Assembly: GCA_976226885.1 (NCBI GenBank)
Contig: OZ320318.1
Coordinates: 79,112,001 to 79,176,000, forward strand
Source of the DNA: Iphione sp. A-MEVVRFRX5
Lineage: Eukaryota
Direction of reading: 5' to 3'
Length of the DNA stretch: 64,000 nucleotides
This document shows, one piece after another, positions 26,001 through 38,000 of this stretch. Position numbers and translations under genes: made by a program. How positions within the stretch are numbered: position 1 is the stretch's first letter; each line of letters opens with the position of its first letter. The notes beneath the pieces are model-generated. The model did no database searches and was not told the origin of the DNA. It was given only the letters and a program-made list of their open reading frames with translations.

Positions 26001-29000
26001 AAGAGTGACAACGAGGCGTAAACTCCAGATTCCCCCCTCCACCAGTTTCACAGATACCTGTAACTTATTCAGCTGTGAGATGAAACATTTATTTTTCAAC
26101 CAACAAAACCTCTGCTATGCGAACTTAAGAACAGATACCTGTAACTTATTCAGCTGTGAGATGAAACATTTATTTTTCAACCAACAAACCCTCTGCTATG
26201 CGAACCTAAGAACAGATACCTGTAACTTATTCAGCTGTGAGATGAAACATTTATTTTTCAACCAACAAACCCTCTGCTATGCGAACCTAAGAACAGAAGA
26301 ATAAAATTTGGTAATACTGCATACATAGATATCATTTCATATCTTGAAGTGTGTCGTGATCTGTATATATTATGCATGTGTATTTGCATTACAGGTTATG
26401 TACCTCTTTTCTCTTGTTTTGGAAACTACATACATGTACATATATATATCATGACTTGACTAATACTCCTTGGAAACATTGTGTTATGTTCAAAGCTCAC
26501 TTTTTGACTTTTATAATCTGGAGACTGTGATGACCTGGTTGAGGTCTAACTTGGGGCTTTCTTTTTCAGACGGACTAGCTAAGGTGGCACTGCCGTAACC
26601 GCTACTGGACTGAGTGGATACGTCGGACACGGTATCCCCCTCGCTCTCAGGAACCAAGGTCAGAGAAACGAAACCAAAGTCAATCGAAGGGTCAAGGTCA
26701 GGGATCGAGTGGCACTCGCTAGATGTGCTCCTATACGACCGGACGGATCCTTGCTGTGTGGGGACTTGAAGGTGATGTCCCTCAAGACAAAGATCACGCT
26801 CACCTTGGGCCGACGTTGAAGGCCGCCTAGGCTCTTCTGCAACGTCACCTTCTTTGATATCCTCGTAGAGGGCGTTCTCGTCGGTCTGAAATTCCAGGTA
26901 TTCCGGCTCCTCCTGCGGCGGCGCTAGTTGACTCACGTTGATGTAGGCGCCGCCGCTGCTGTCTTCCTCCTCCTCTATTATCCTGGCGGGCTTCGGCGGC
27001 TGTTCAACAAAAAAAAAAAATACTCATCCACTTAATGGGTATCAATAACATATTGGACCCTTCGCCAGAGGCGGAAGTAACGGTTACTGCCGACGTCACT
27101 TTTACTAAATTCTGACATTGTCCAAATTTGAATCGATTAGATTGGTCGATTCCGATTTTGACGTCACCCAAAAAACGTGCCAATAGTACCCATTTTTTCA
27201 ACCGTTGGCGATACGTCCATTGTCTGACGGTTCATCTCAATAACTCCCTCGCATGAGGGCAGGCAAGCGTAAGTCTTGGATGTCCATATTCGGTATTGGT
27301 TGTGCTATGAGCTGAAGTATTACAACTAATTTTACATGGATTGTAATTAATTTTCTGGTACGACCATTTTCAATCGAGGCAATATGGTCATTGTTAAGAT
27401 ATGCCTGGTCACTTTTAGTTAAAAATGGGTTGTCCATAGATTTTCAACTGGTGGAGCACATATATCTACGTATATATATATATATATATATGTATATCAT
27501 AAACCACAACCTCTCTCTATTTTGGCACCAGTCATGAGCTTCCCGATGAGCACATTGGCCGTGTTAATACCAGCCCTTCCCAAAACCATGAACTAGTCCG
27601 CTCTCTTAATGTTCCTCGAATTTGTTTATGTCAAGGCCGTTAGAGGTTGACCTCATCCTCGGTCAAATATAGAATTTTCCTTGATTCCTTTTATCATTCA
27701 AGCTATGAGTACTTCAGCACACAATAGTCATGCATGGATCTCTCGTCGAAAAAAAAAAACACTGCATCCGGGTAGCGCCATTGGTTTCAACCGCTAAAAA
27801 AATGTCAGACCTTGTCTAGGCAACATATTATAGAGACAAGCCTAGGTCAGAGGTTATTCAACTATTAACTCACTGGTGGGGCCATCTGAAGCGTGGCCTG
27901 CTGGGTCTTCCGCTTCCGGCTGTACTTCCGGTAGAGACTCAGGTCCTTTCGTGAGCGATCTGTACCTTTTCCTATGGACTTTTTCAAAGTGCAACTAAAG
28001 AGAAAACAAATATAAACGCGAGAATTAGCATGGTTGAGACGGTACTGGTTCTTTTCCATTGAACGTATCGTTGAGACGTTCTTTACCAGAAAAGTATTAA
28101 ATTAAAGCCACGGCTCCATTTTATTACCAACACCTTTATTTCAGAAAGATCTGGGTACCAGTTATTTTGGTGAAGGGAATTCAGGGGCTTTTCAGGGGTT
28201 TCATGGGTTTTCTTGGGTTGCCCCTTCGGTGCTAGTTGCCTGCCGGTGAAATAGTAAAGCGTTTCTCTCGTAGCAGATTATGTATATTCGATTGAGGGTT
28301 ACATTTGTTATTAGGGATACGATTCCCAACATGGCCTTCTCTTTTGTCTTTCTTGTTGAAACCAGCCAGAAGGGAGAAATATCTAGGCGAATACTGGTCC
28401 ATCTACAGAGATAATAATTTTAAATCAAACTCGAAAACACTTCATGTCATTGATTGCTTTATGTTAAAGCAGTCTTAATACAAGGACAGATTGACGAACA
28501 TCTTGGGAACCCTCTAGGGTGGGATCACGGCATCTTTTCAAGCTTTCCCTGCAACCCTGCTTATCTGTTAAATTACAGATGAAGAAGCATACTACACCGT
28601 CCACCAATCTCCGGCTTAACTGTAGGTTATACAGACCAACCGATCAACGTTAGCGGGTAAAGCTTACCTACTTTGGCTGATTGCTCTTGAACTAGTTCAG
28701 CTTTACAAACTTCATCTCAAAATTGATAAAAAAAAACCCACACACGGGCAAACTGACGTTTATAACCTTTATACCTACCGTCGAAAACTGGAACTGTATT
28801 TAGAAAATTGTATGAGAATCGCAAACAACGAAAGTTTGGGAGAGTGGCTTTAGATCATTACATCATAAGTGACATTCACGTGTAAATTATTACCCGGCAA
28901 CGATTGGAAAAAAAGAAGCTGAAAGAAAGATTATCACTGTTAGCGTTACACTATTACTTTTTAATCTAACTTTCCAAATATCGTTCAAATCTCGTTCAAA

Positions 29001-32000
29001 ATCCATCCATTTTCAATGCGGACCACATATAGTTCTACATCTTAAATACACTTTGGACTGATCATCTGAGAAAGAAAAAGTACATATATATGATACAAAA
29101 CAACAGGGCGTTGATTGATTGATCAGGTAAGATCCTGTCGACAGATCACGCAATCAATCGTGTTTACTCTTTACCAAACTTCCTCTCCTACATATATGTT
29201 CGGGAACCATTTACCTTAGCAACAAAAATCTTGATCTGGTAACATGAAGGGAGTGGCACACTTGAAGACGTACTCCGTGCAAATGTTAGGAACAAATAAC
29301 GAGGTCAGAAAGGTTAATTGTACCCTGACTAGATACAACGTTGGGGCGGTAACAAAAAGCAATAACAGCCAAGTGGCTATGGCAAGGATTCCTGACATTT
29401 TTTGTTCCGACCCAAATCATAGTGCTGGAAATAGCTCAGCAACCATTCCATCGATAAAACTATCCTTAATCTTTTTATATCCTTATCTCTCTTTATATTC
29501 CTCATTCCTTTTTATATATTTTCCTCTGTGTTGCATGCATTGAGGGCCCCAATACTAAAAGTCAGTATACATGTACATATGTGTATGAGGGTATGCTGTT
29601 CTCCACTGAGGCGCCAGCGAAATAAAGTTAATATATATGTGGGTGAGGCTATATAGTTGTCAAAAAAAATGTTCAATACTGAAGGCTGTCGCGATTTTGA
29701 ATGCTTGTGGTGCATGTTTTTTTTTGCGAAATGTGGCAGGTTGCCCAGCCCTGTTTACTGAACAACAGAAGAGAAAGACCCTCAGTGACCAACTCAACAC
29801 AAGGTGTACCAAGGATGGCTCGTTACCCAGGCATTATGAACCACTGGGATATGGTGTATGGGCTATATTGAATAGGTAATGATAGTAACGTAGCAAAAAC
29901 AATATATTTCATTCTGGACGTACCCATACATTGCGCACTGAACAAGCAACTCTTTCAGCAATCGTTAAATAGAAACATAATTAGCTCATTTAGGAATCAT
30001 AGGCCAATAACATGTCACTAACTCAATGACATAAACTGGACACACTGACCAAAAAATGGCAAACTTCATACACAAATACGAAGTCTAGAGTCATCGAGGA
30101 CAGCTAGGACTGTCATTTAGTGTTGCACACACTCATCGAGTCCAAGTACGAAACAAAATGCACAACCACGTCATGTCTGATATCTTACACAACAAATGGT
30201 TCCAGTCTTGTGTCCTGAACAACAAGTGTACCAAAACTGTCTAACTGATACAGATGCCCAGAGAGAAGCAATGAACTTTATAATAATACAGTAAAATTTC
30301 GCCATTGCAACACTGCTTGGTACCAAATGATTATGTCTGCAACAGTGGGAGTACTGGAATAGTGAAGGGTTTTTGGCATCACATGATTTCATTCCGTACC
30401 GTGAATCTGTGTGCAAAATATTGTTCATTTGTCAACTATGTAACATAGCTAGTGACTGAGGTTTAATAGTCTCTTGTAGAATTTAATCTCTCTTTTACTT
30501 ATCGAGAAGACACTCACCAATGCTAATGCTCATCAATTAGGGCAACCCTAGGTAGAGACAATCTTCAACAGGTATCCATGACATGTTATATATAAGGAAA
30601 CAATTTCATTTAAGAGGCCAACCCTGTGGTAAAAGGCAAATTTATGCGGTCACAGTGGTGATCGCATTAGAGTTTTTTTTTACCGTGTTTGACTTAAATG
30701 GTTTCTTTGGCCTTCATGCTGAAGTCATAAATAAATCTATGAACGGTTCGCCAAAGACTGACCTCATCCTCATCTTAAGCTGTCTGTAGTATCTAAAGTA
30801 ATCACAGTCTCTGTCCTCTGCTGTTTGTGGGGTAGCCCCACCTAATACAATCACAGAGTCTGTCTCATGTGTTTTGTAGGGTAGCCCTATCTAATGTGAT
30901 CACACAATCTCCATCACACCCTGTATGTAGGATAGCCTTATCTAATGTAATCAAACGAGCTGTCTTCAACTGTTTGTAGAGTAGCCCTGTAAGGAACATT
31001 ATGCCTGAGCACATAAGGTGAGTTCATACAGGACAAGGATGTTACTTTGCAGATGCATCGGTTTTCATACTTATAGAGGCTGTTCTAATGATGAATACAA
31101 AGCTTACTGCTTAATGCTTACTCAATCGCTTCCTTTTAGTACTGGTCTGGTAATCGCTTGCCATATTCGTTATGAAAGTCACCATTGACGGGATAATCAT
31201 GTAACACAAATTCCTTTGTTATATTCACATACTGTGACTGGGACACTGTGATAGTCCACTGACCGAAGGAAAAGCCTTGAATACTACCTCCTATAGGAAC
31301 AATCAGAGTCCCCACAATCATTCTCCACCAGAGGAAGTTGGATCCACCCCACTAGTTCCTGCCCGATTTTTACCATTCTCACCTTACTCCATTTTCAACG
31401 ATATCCATCTCTTCTCTTTGGTCGCTGTCAGAGTCTGAGTTTCTGTCGTGGGGAAAGAATATAGACAAATGGATACGAATGAGAAGGCGAAAAGGGGAAT
31501 AAAGACTTAGTGCTAGTGTTGTGGTACCGAGGGGAACTTACATTGTACTGGTGCTTTGTTTGGTTAGTAGAAGTACTTATAGTAGATCAGTGGTGACTGC
31601 TTGTTGGTGATTCCATCCCCATCATATGATAAGGATGTATTTCATCCTTTGACAGCACATATACACGTTTGGAGTAGCTCTTTTCACATGGAGTAGCTCC
31701 ACCTAGCTACGAGCTGTGTATAATAAGAAGCGGTTTACCGACAGAGTGACACACTGGGTGCAACACCGATGTGTGTGTGCAGCTGTGAAGATTCATCCAT
31801 TGCAGTACAGTATCTATATACATCTCATTCAGTGAGCTGTCACTTGAGGTATCGCTACAGTGACAGCCACTAACTACGACGCATGCTATTCTGCCTCTGT
31901 GACATCAAAATAGACCATCCGGCAGTGAAGATTCGCTTTTTTTTCTACGTCTGGTATGTAAATGGCATTATGCAATGGGCTGTGATGGGTCGATTCTGTG

Positions 32001-35000
32001 CATCACTCGTGTTTGATCCTACTAAGTGCAGTCAAAATCGGTTGACTTCATGATTATTATTACCGTATTTTCCAATCCACAGTTTCCATTCACCTGTATC
32101 ACTAGATCACTGCTCGTCGTTAGTCCTTTCTAAAGTAGAATTCAATACTGTATTCTTTCATCTGTAAAAGTGAGAATATGTACGAAGGTTTTTCAGTCCA
32201 ACGATATTGTACGAACATCTCCAATAAGATAAAAGATTTTCATCCTGGTGACTGTGTGTATCATTTTGTGTGTATCGCAAACGTCCGAGAACACTGACTA
32301 CAGGTGACCGACTTGTAGTTACATGTATTTTGTTTTCGATCCAGAAATGGTGTTCACTCTTGACATGACGCTGGTGATGATTCGTGAAGTCAGGAGCATT
32401 CTCTCATATATTCCCTATTATCCGATGCCACACGCGGTTAGATCACGTGATTCTTAAAGGAGACCGATGTTAAATCTATCTTATCCATCATACGTCATAC
32501 TTGAGGAGACACATCAGAATACACTGTAAACCACGACTAATTAATAATTCCTTCAGGCCTCCGTCAGGTAAGAAAATATGGAAAAAAACTACAATATACT
32601 AGAAACCTTGGTTTCAAACGTGGCGAATACTGACTGCTGAACGTGGTTCCTGTGAATCCATATTAAGACATTAGTAGCTGTGCATGACCACAATGAACAA
32701 AACATACAAACATTTAGACACTAATTGTTGCACAATATCCGCATACGCTTCTATGCATTAGTACTCGATCCAGCCCAACTCTTTCAAGTACATATGGTGC
32801 GGTGAGAGAAGGACATAATTCCTTTACACTCTCATAGAGTGCATGTCAACGACTCTCTATTTCCAGCTTAGCATGCAAACACCCAAACCACCTGATTATC
32901 CGAAGTGCGATGACAATGTGCATACGTTTACTTCAACATTGTGTTACATGTCGTTAAGCATGTCTCAACAAAATTAGCCAATTTTAACGAAGAACCTCCT
33001 ATGTTGCTGCGTATGTTCGGGTACGTCATGATAGGTGGCCAACCTCAATTAACCCCAAGCTAAAGATAATCTCCTACTGTCGGGGAAGACATTTGAAGAA
33101 ACTACAATATACTAGAAACCTCATGTTGATCTGCCTTCGAGGAACAAAGTTTTATTCACCAGCCAGAAAAGGACTGATATAACTAATAGGTATACAGAAG
33201 TATTATATACTTTAGGATAGGTAGATTTACCATTCAGCTAAGTTTGGATTGCTTACCGTCTTGGTATGGGCTTCTTTCGCACTGTGGATCTCTTCATGTG
33301 AGGGTTGGTGTACGCAGTCAGGTAGGCAGCAGGGGCGTAACCAGCCTCTCCCTGGTAACTACATGAAGGAACCAGCGGAGAAAACAGGTATTTAATAAAT
33401 AGAGTGTTTCATTGACTTTAGGGATGACATGATTTTTATCGAGATCGAGGGGCACCAAGAGGGAGCAGTGGGATGGGTAGGCGGTCAAAAGGAGAGACAG
33501 AATTAGTGGAGAGTTGTCCTGAAATTAACTTCAATTTAACGCTTTACTGACCATGCGTGAGATATATCTAGACAGGTGGACTGCTATATATACAACAATA
33601 GAGACCACAGGAGAGCTACGCACCTAACGATCCACCAGCCATCCAACAGTTTGTGCATGACCTCTACGATAACATCTCGTTCGAACGAGATTTCGTCCGA
33701 CATCTCCGCTTTGTATGCTTCGGTGGTAATGAACTTCTCGAGATTACCTAGAATATTGAATTAACCGGATAATTACACATAATAAATGAGGGATTCATCT
33801 CTTTCAGACCGTTGAAATTTACACGTGCATGTCCATGGTGTATGTATGTATTTGTCATACAATGTACATGACCATTTTAAGTGCATTAGGACAACACGTA
33901 GTTTACCATGGGTACGTTCGTAATCTTTTGAAGGTCAAATTCACACGGCACTGGGCGAAACATACAATGAAAGCCACACAGACTTCGACAATGTTTCGAT
34001 ATGTCCCCAGCCGTATATCACTATCACAGGAAGAATTATTGATAGAATTCTTGATAGTCATTATCATATATAGGTTCATGAATTATCCATTCATCTATTT
34101 ACATGTAGTCCTACAGACAATATAACTATGATATTTAATTAATGGTACCTACACTGCCTTAATGTACATTATGCTGCTTGCTCTTCTATATCTACGTTGT
34201 GGAAACCGGCTTACTGAGATGACAATTAGATAATAAACTTATTCTTAGTCGTGTTGTTACCTGTGTATGTGGGGTCGGGCTCGTCGATCTCCACGGGGTG
34301 AGATACTGGGTCTAGGTAGGAAGCGGGAGCCCAGCCGTGAGCGTTGTCAGTCTGCACAAACCACCATCCTGCGGACGACAGAACGACGGCAACGATACAC
34401 CGAAATTCACCAGGCAGAAATGGTAATGGTACAACGTGTAAGAAGCAGGCCCGTAGCCAGGAAATCTTGTGGGGGTGTATCTCAAATTAGAGAGGTGAAA
34501 CTCTTGGCTAGATAGGTAAAACTCCTGGTTAGAGAGGTGGAACTCCTGGTTAGAGAGGTCCTCTTTCCTATCTCTCTGCTCTCTCTCTCTCTCTCCCTCT
34601 CTCCCTCTCTCTCCCTCATTTCCTCTTTCTCATGATACACCCTTGGCTATAGGCCTAGAGAAGTGGAACTCCTGGCTTTTCTGGGGTGTACCAGCCGATA
34701 TCCCAGATACCCCCTTGGCTACAGGCCTGAAGATGGTATGTATACATGTATGTACGTTTTGTTTATTCACTCTGGCGAGATCATTCAGTGATTGAAGGAA
34801 ATAGGAACAACCATATCTTAAATATATCTTATCCTGCTCCCACATCACAAAAGAAAAGGGATTTCTCCTGCACAGGAGCAATCATGGTTTCCCATTTATG
34901 AAGTATCTTATCTATGGTAGCTTACTTCATCTTTGATATATTTTCTTCCTAGTTCTTCGTCTACAGGTCTAGGATAGGTTCTTGCCACAGTCACGACCGA

Positions 35001-38000
35001 GACTGCACGACATCCTTTTCCAGGAGGGAACTACAGAAGGAATACATTGTTTTCAGATTCTTACCATTGCTGTTCTTCTCCAGAACCTCCACATGCATCC
35101 CCTCTTTGAGCGACACCTCCGATTTCTCCTGAGCCTCATAGTCTGTCACCACCTCGTAGGTCTCCAGGGTGACGGGCCCAGAGATGTTCATGTCATCGTT
35201 ATCAGTGGTTTCTGGCAACGTAATGATAAAAAAGGTCAACAGGGCGAGGGAGGGTGTGGATTGATTTATTAATAATAATAATAATAATAATTATTATTAT
35301 TGTATATTATTTGTCTTCTATGTATTTAGTCAGCGTCGAGCATCTTATCTATAAAGATGTTCCTACATTTACATGCAAGTCATATTAGTATAAAGTGTGG
35401 TAAGAGCTCGTCAAGGCTAGAGTCTAAGGCAAGGATCCTTGTTATTCTAGAGTCTAGAGTATTCTACGGCTAGTGTCATTGTAAACAGAATGTCATGCAA
35501 ATATGGTCAGATAAATACATTTTTTGCCCGAATTGAAAAGGTACGTAGGTTCCTGGTAGTAAACTTATGAACATACATGTATAATAAATTAGGAGCAAGG
35601 ATACCCCTCCGTGCAGTATTTATAAATCTGAGTTATTGACTGTATGAAGATCTAAACAGAGTCGATGAAAGATTTTCAGTGCTTGTTGTGACTTCTTCTA
35701 ATAGTATATTAGTATATAGTATAGTAGTAGTATAGTAGAATACTTAGCTATTTACACAGATCTAGGAAACAATAAATCTCTGTATGACTCACATTCCCTC
35801 CATTTCCCGCCGCTCCCTCTTGCCCCCACACATCCTTATCCTCCGTGCCTCTATTTTAGAATATTAGACACCTATTCCCATGTCTCTGCTTCCCCATTCC
35901 CAGCCCCCCCCATCTCCCCTGCCCATATCGACCTTTTCCCTTATCTCATCCTCATGACCTATTTCTTCCTTCATATTCATGGCCCACTCCCCCATACTCC
36001 CATCCATCAATCTCATGGCCCATTTTTCTATACGCCCTACCTATGCTTCTATACCTTCCCTCTCGACTCATATTTTCAGTCAGTACTGAATCAACAACAT
36101 TTAATCGACACGAAAGTTACACAGCAATATCTCTACCTAAACCAGCATAGAGGAATCAATCATGCCCCGGATATTGTTGGGCTGTGCCAGTAACGTAGTG
36201 GTCTAACTAACTGTTAACTCAAAGGGGGGCTTAGGATAACTCATCCTAGTGCTACTGCTAAGGTGGTGTAATAAGAACTATATATCTTAATGATAAAACT
36301 AAGCCAACTTAAGATTAACTTAACATTACTATATCTACGTAAAGCTGGTGTTAGTCCCAACCTTCCTGTCCTCCCGCCAGTCTGATATTTAGCGCTGTGG
36401 TCGACTTGGCCCTTCGGATGGGAGGGGACTGGTCCCCAGACAGTTTGGGTGTCTTACGGCCTGCTGTTCGGCCAAGGCAGTATCATACGGCAATGAGTGG
36501 AATATTCACATGGAAACTGTACTATCCACGGAAAACGGCAGGACCTAATTGTACTAGACAAATGCTGACATAGCTCTGCTAAACCACAAATACTAAGCCT
36601 AAAAGCAACAGTCCTTTCTTGAGTTTTGTATTTTAACAAAATTCCATTTATACATGCTGGACTACCAACTACAAGCTTATCACTGACAATTTAGACACTA
36701 AATGTTCTGTTATTCACGGCGTCGCTATTCTATTGTTAGTTAGAAAAGGAAAATTAGCTTAATATATCAGCACAAGCAATATTCTCAATTGTACATGATG
36801 CTCATACAAAGCAAAACATTAGTCTGCAAAGAGTACAGTGATAACGACTCCAAGGCATCAGTCAACAACAAAGTAATATTTTTCGGTTACAAGTAATGTA
36901 TATGCTTCTACCTACTGATCAATATAATTATATTCATCATCAAAAAATTGACATCAGAGGAACACAGGTGATCTCTAAGGCATGTACTGGAATAGTCACT
37001 TTTTTCCCTACACCGTTTAATGCTTGTCTTTGTCTGTTTCTCAACTTTGATGAAGGGGAACTGTTGCCGAATACCCTAGAATATGCCAAGCAAGCTCTTA
37101 TGCTGTCATTCCAATTAGAACACGAAAGTAAAACGGTAACCCCTTAAAGCGTATCAGGGTAAATGTATCTGTGTGTATAATAATAATTGATAATTAATAA
37201 TAATTAACGATGGTATTTACTGCCAAAATCGCGACGGTCGCACATCGACAGATACATAACATCCTTTCCTCGCAAATGAAGTCAGATGAATCATATGTAG
37301 AAATGGGTTAGTTCGCTATCAAATAAAACGCTACCAGTGCTCACGAGCTTAATGAAGCACCACATATCCTTCCTATCACGTCAAGCTAGATGCATAGCAT
37401 GTGGTAACAGGTTAGTTAAGTAGCATATCGAAGGCTGTTAATGGGTACACGTGGGGATACCTACCTTTGTTCTTTTTCCGAAGGAACGGAAGTAGCGCCA
37501 TCAGTATTCTCGACCGGTCTGGCTTCCGGCTGGAGGGTAACGCGGTTCAGAATTTTTAGAACACATGATATAAACGATAAATCAAATTTGGGCACGTATA
37601 AATGACACATATCAGGTACCAGCGTCATGCCTCATTATATTGGCAATTATTATGTTTCTCTCGATTTAAGCTCATATAAATACAGTAATGATGTGTGTGA
37701 CTTCTTAAATTGCACACGGGCCACATCTTGACACACAATATCCTTGACATACACGTCAGCGCTGCCGGGGGATGGGGGGCGGGGGGGGGACCCCACCCAT
37801 CAGCCAGGAGGGATCTACATGGGGAGCTACGAGAGTGACTCACGTGGCATCTTTAGGGGGGTTTATGTCCTCGTAGCGGGCTTCCAGGAAGTCCAGGACC
37901 TCGTCCGAGGCGGAGATCTTGGGGTGCAGCTTGATGAGTTCCACCAGGTAATTGGAGAGGTCAGTCTTCCTCTGGTTGGCGATTTTCTCAGATCTTGAGA

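Noticed and set aside
26005-26304. ORF with three 27-aa Cys-containing repeats
   Set aside because: The open frame follows from an 81-bp (multiple of 3) AT-rich tandem repeat; non-ATG start and no splice support.
37465-37501. Alternative first exon (MALLPFLRKKNK) giving a PX-less isoform
   Set aside because: The same exon has an in-frame upstream acceptor and is needed to bridge phases; there is no independent promoter evidence.
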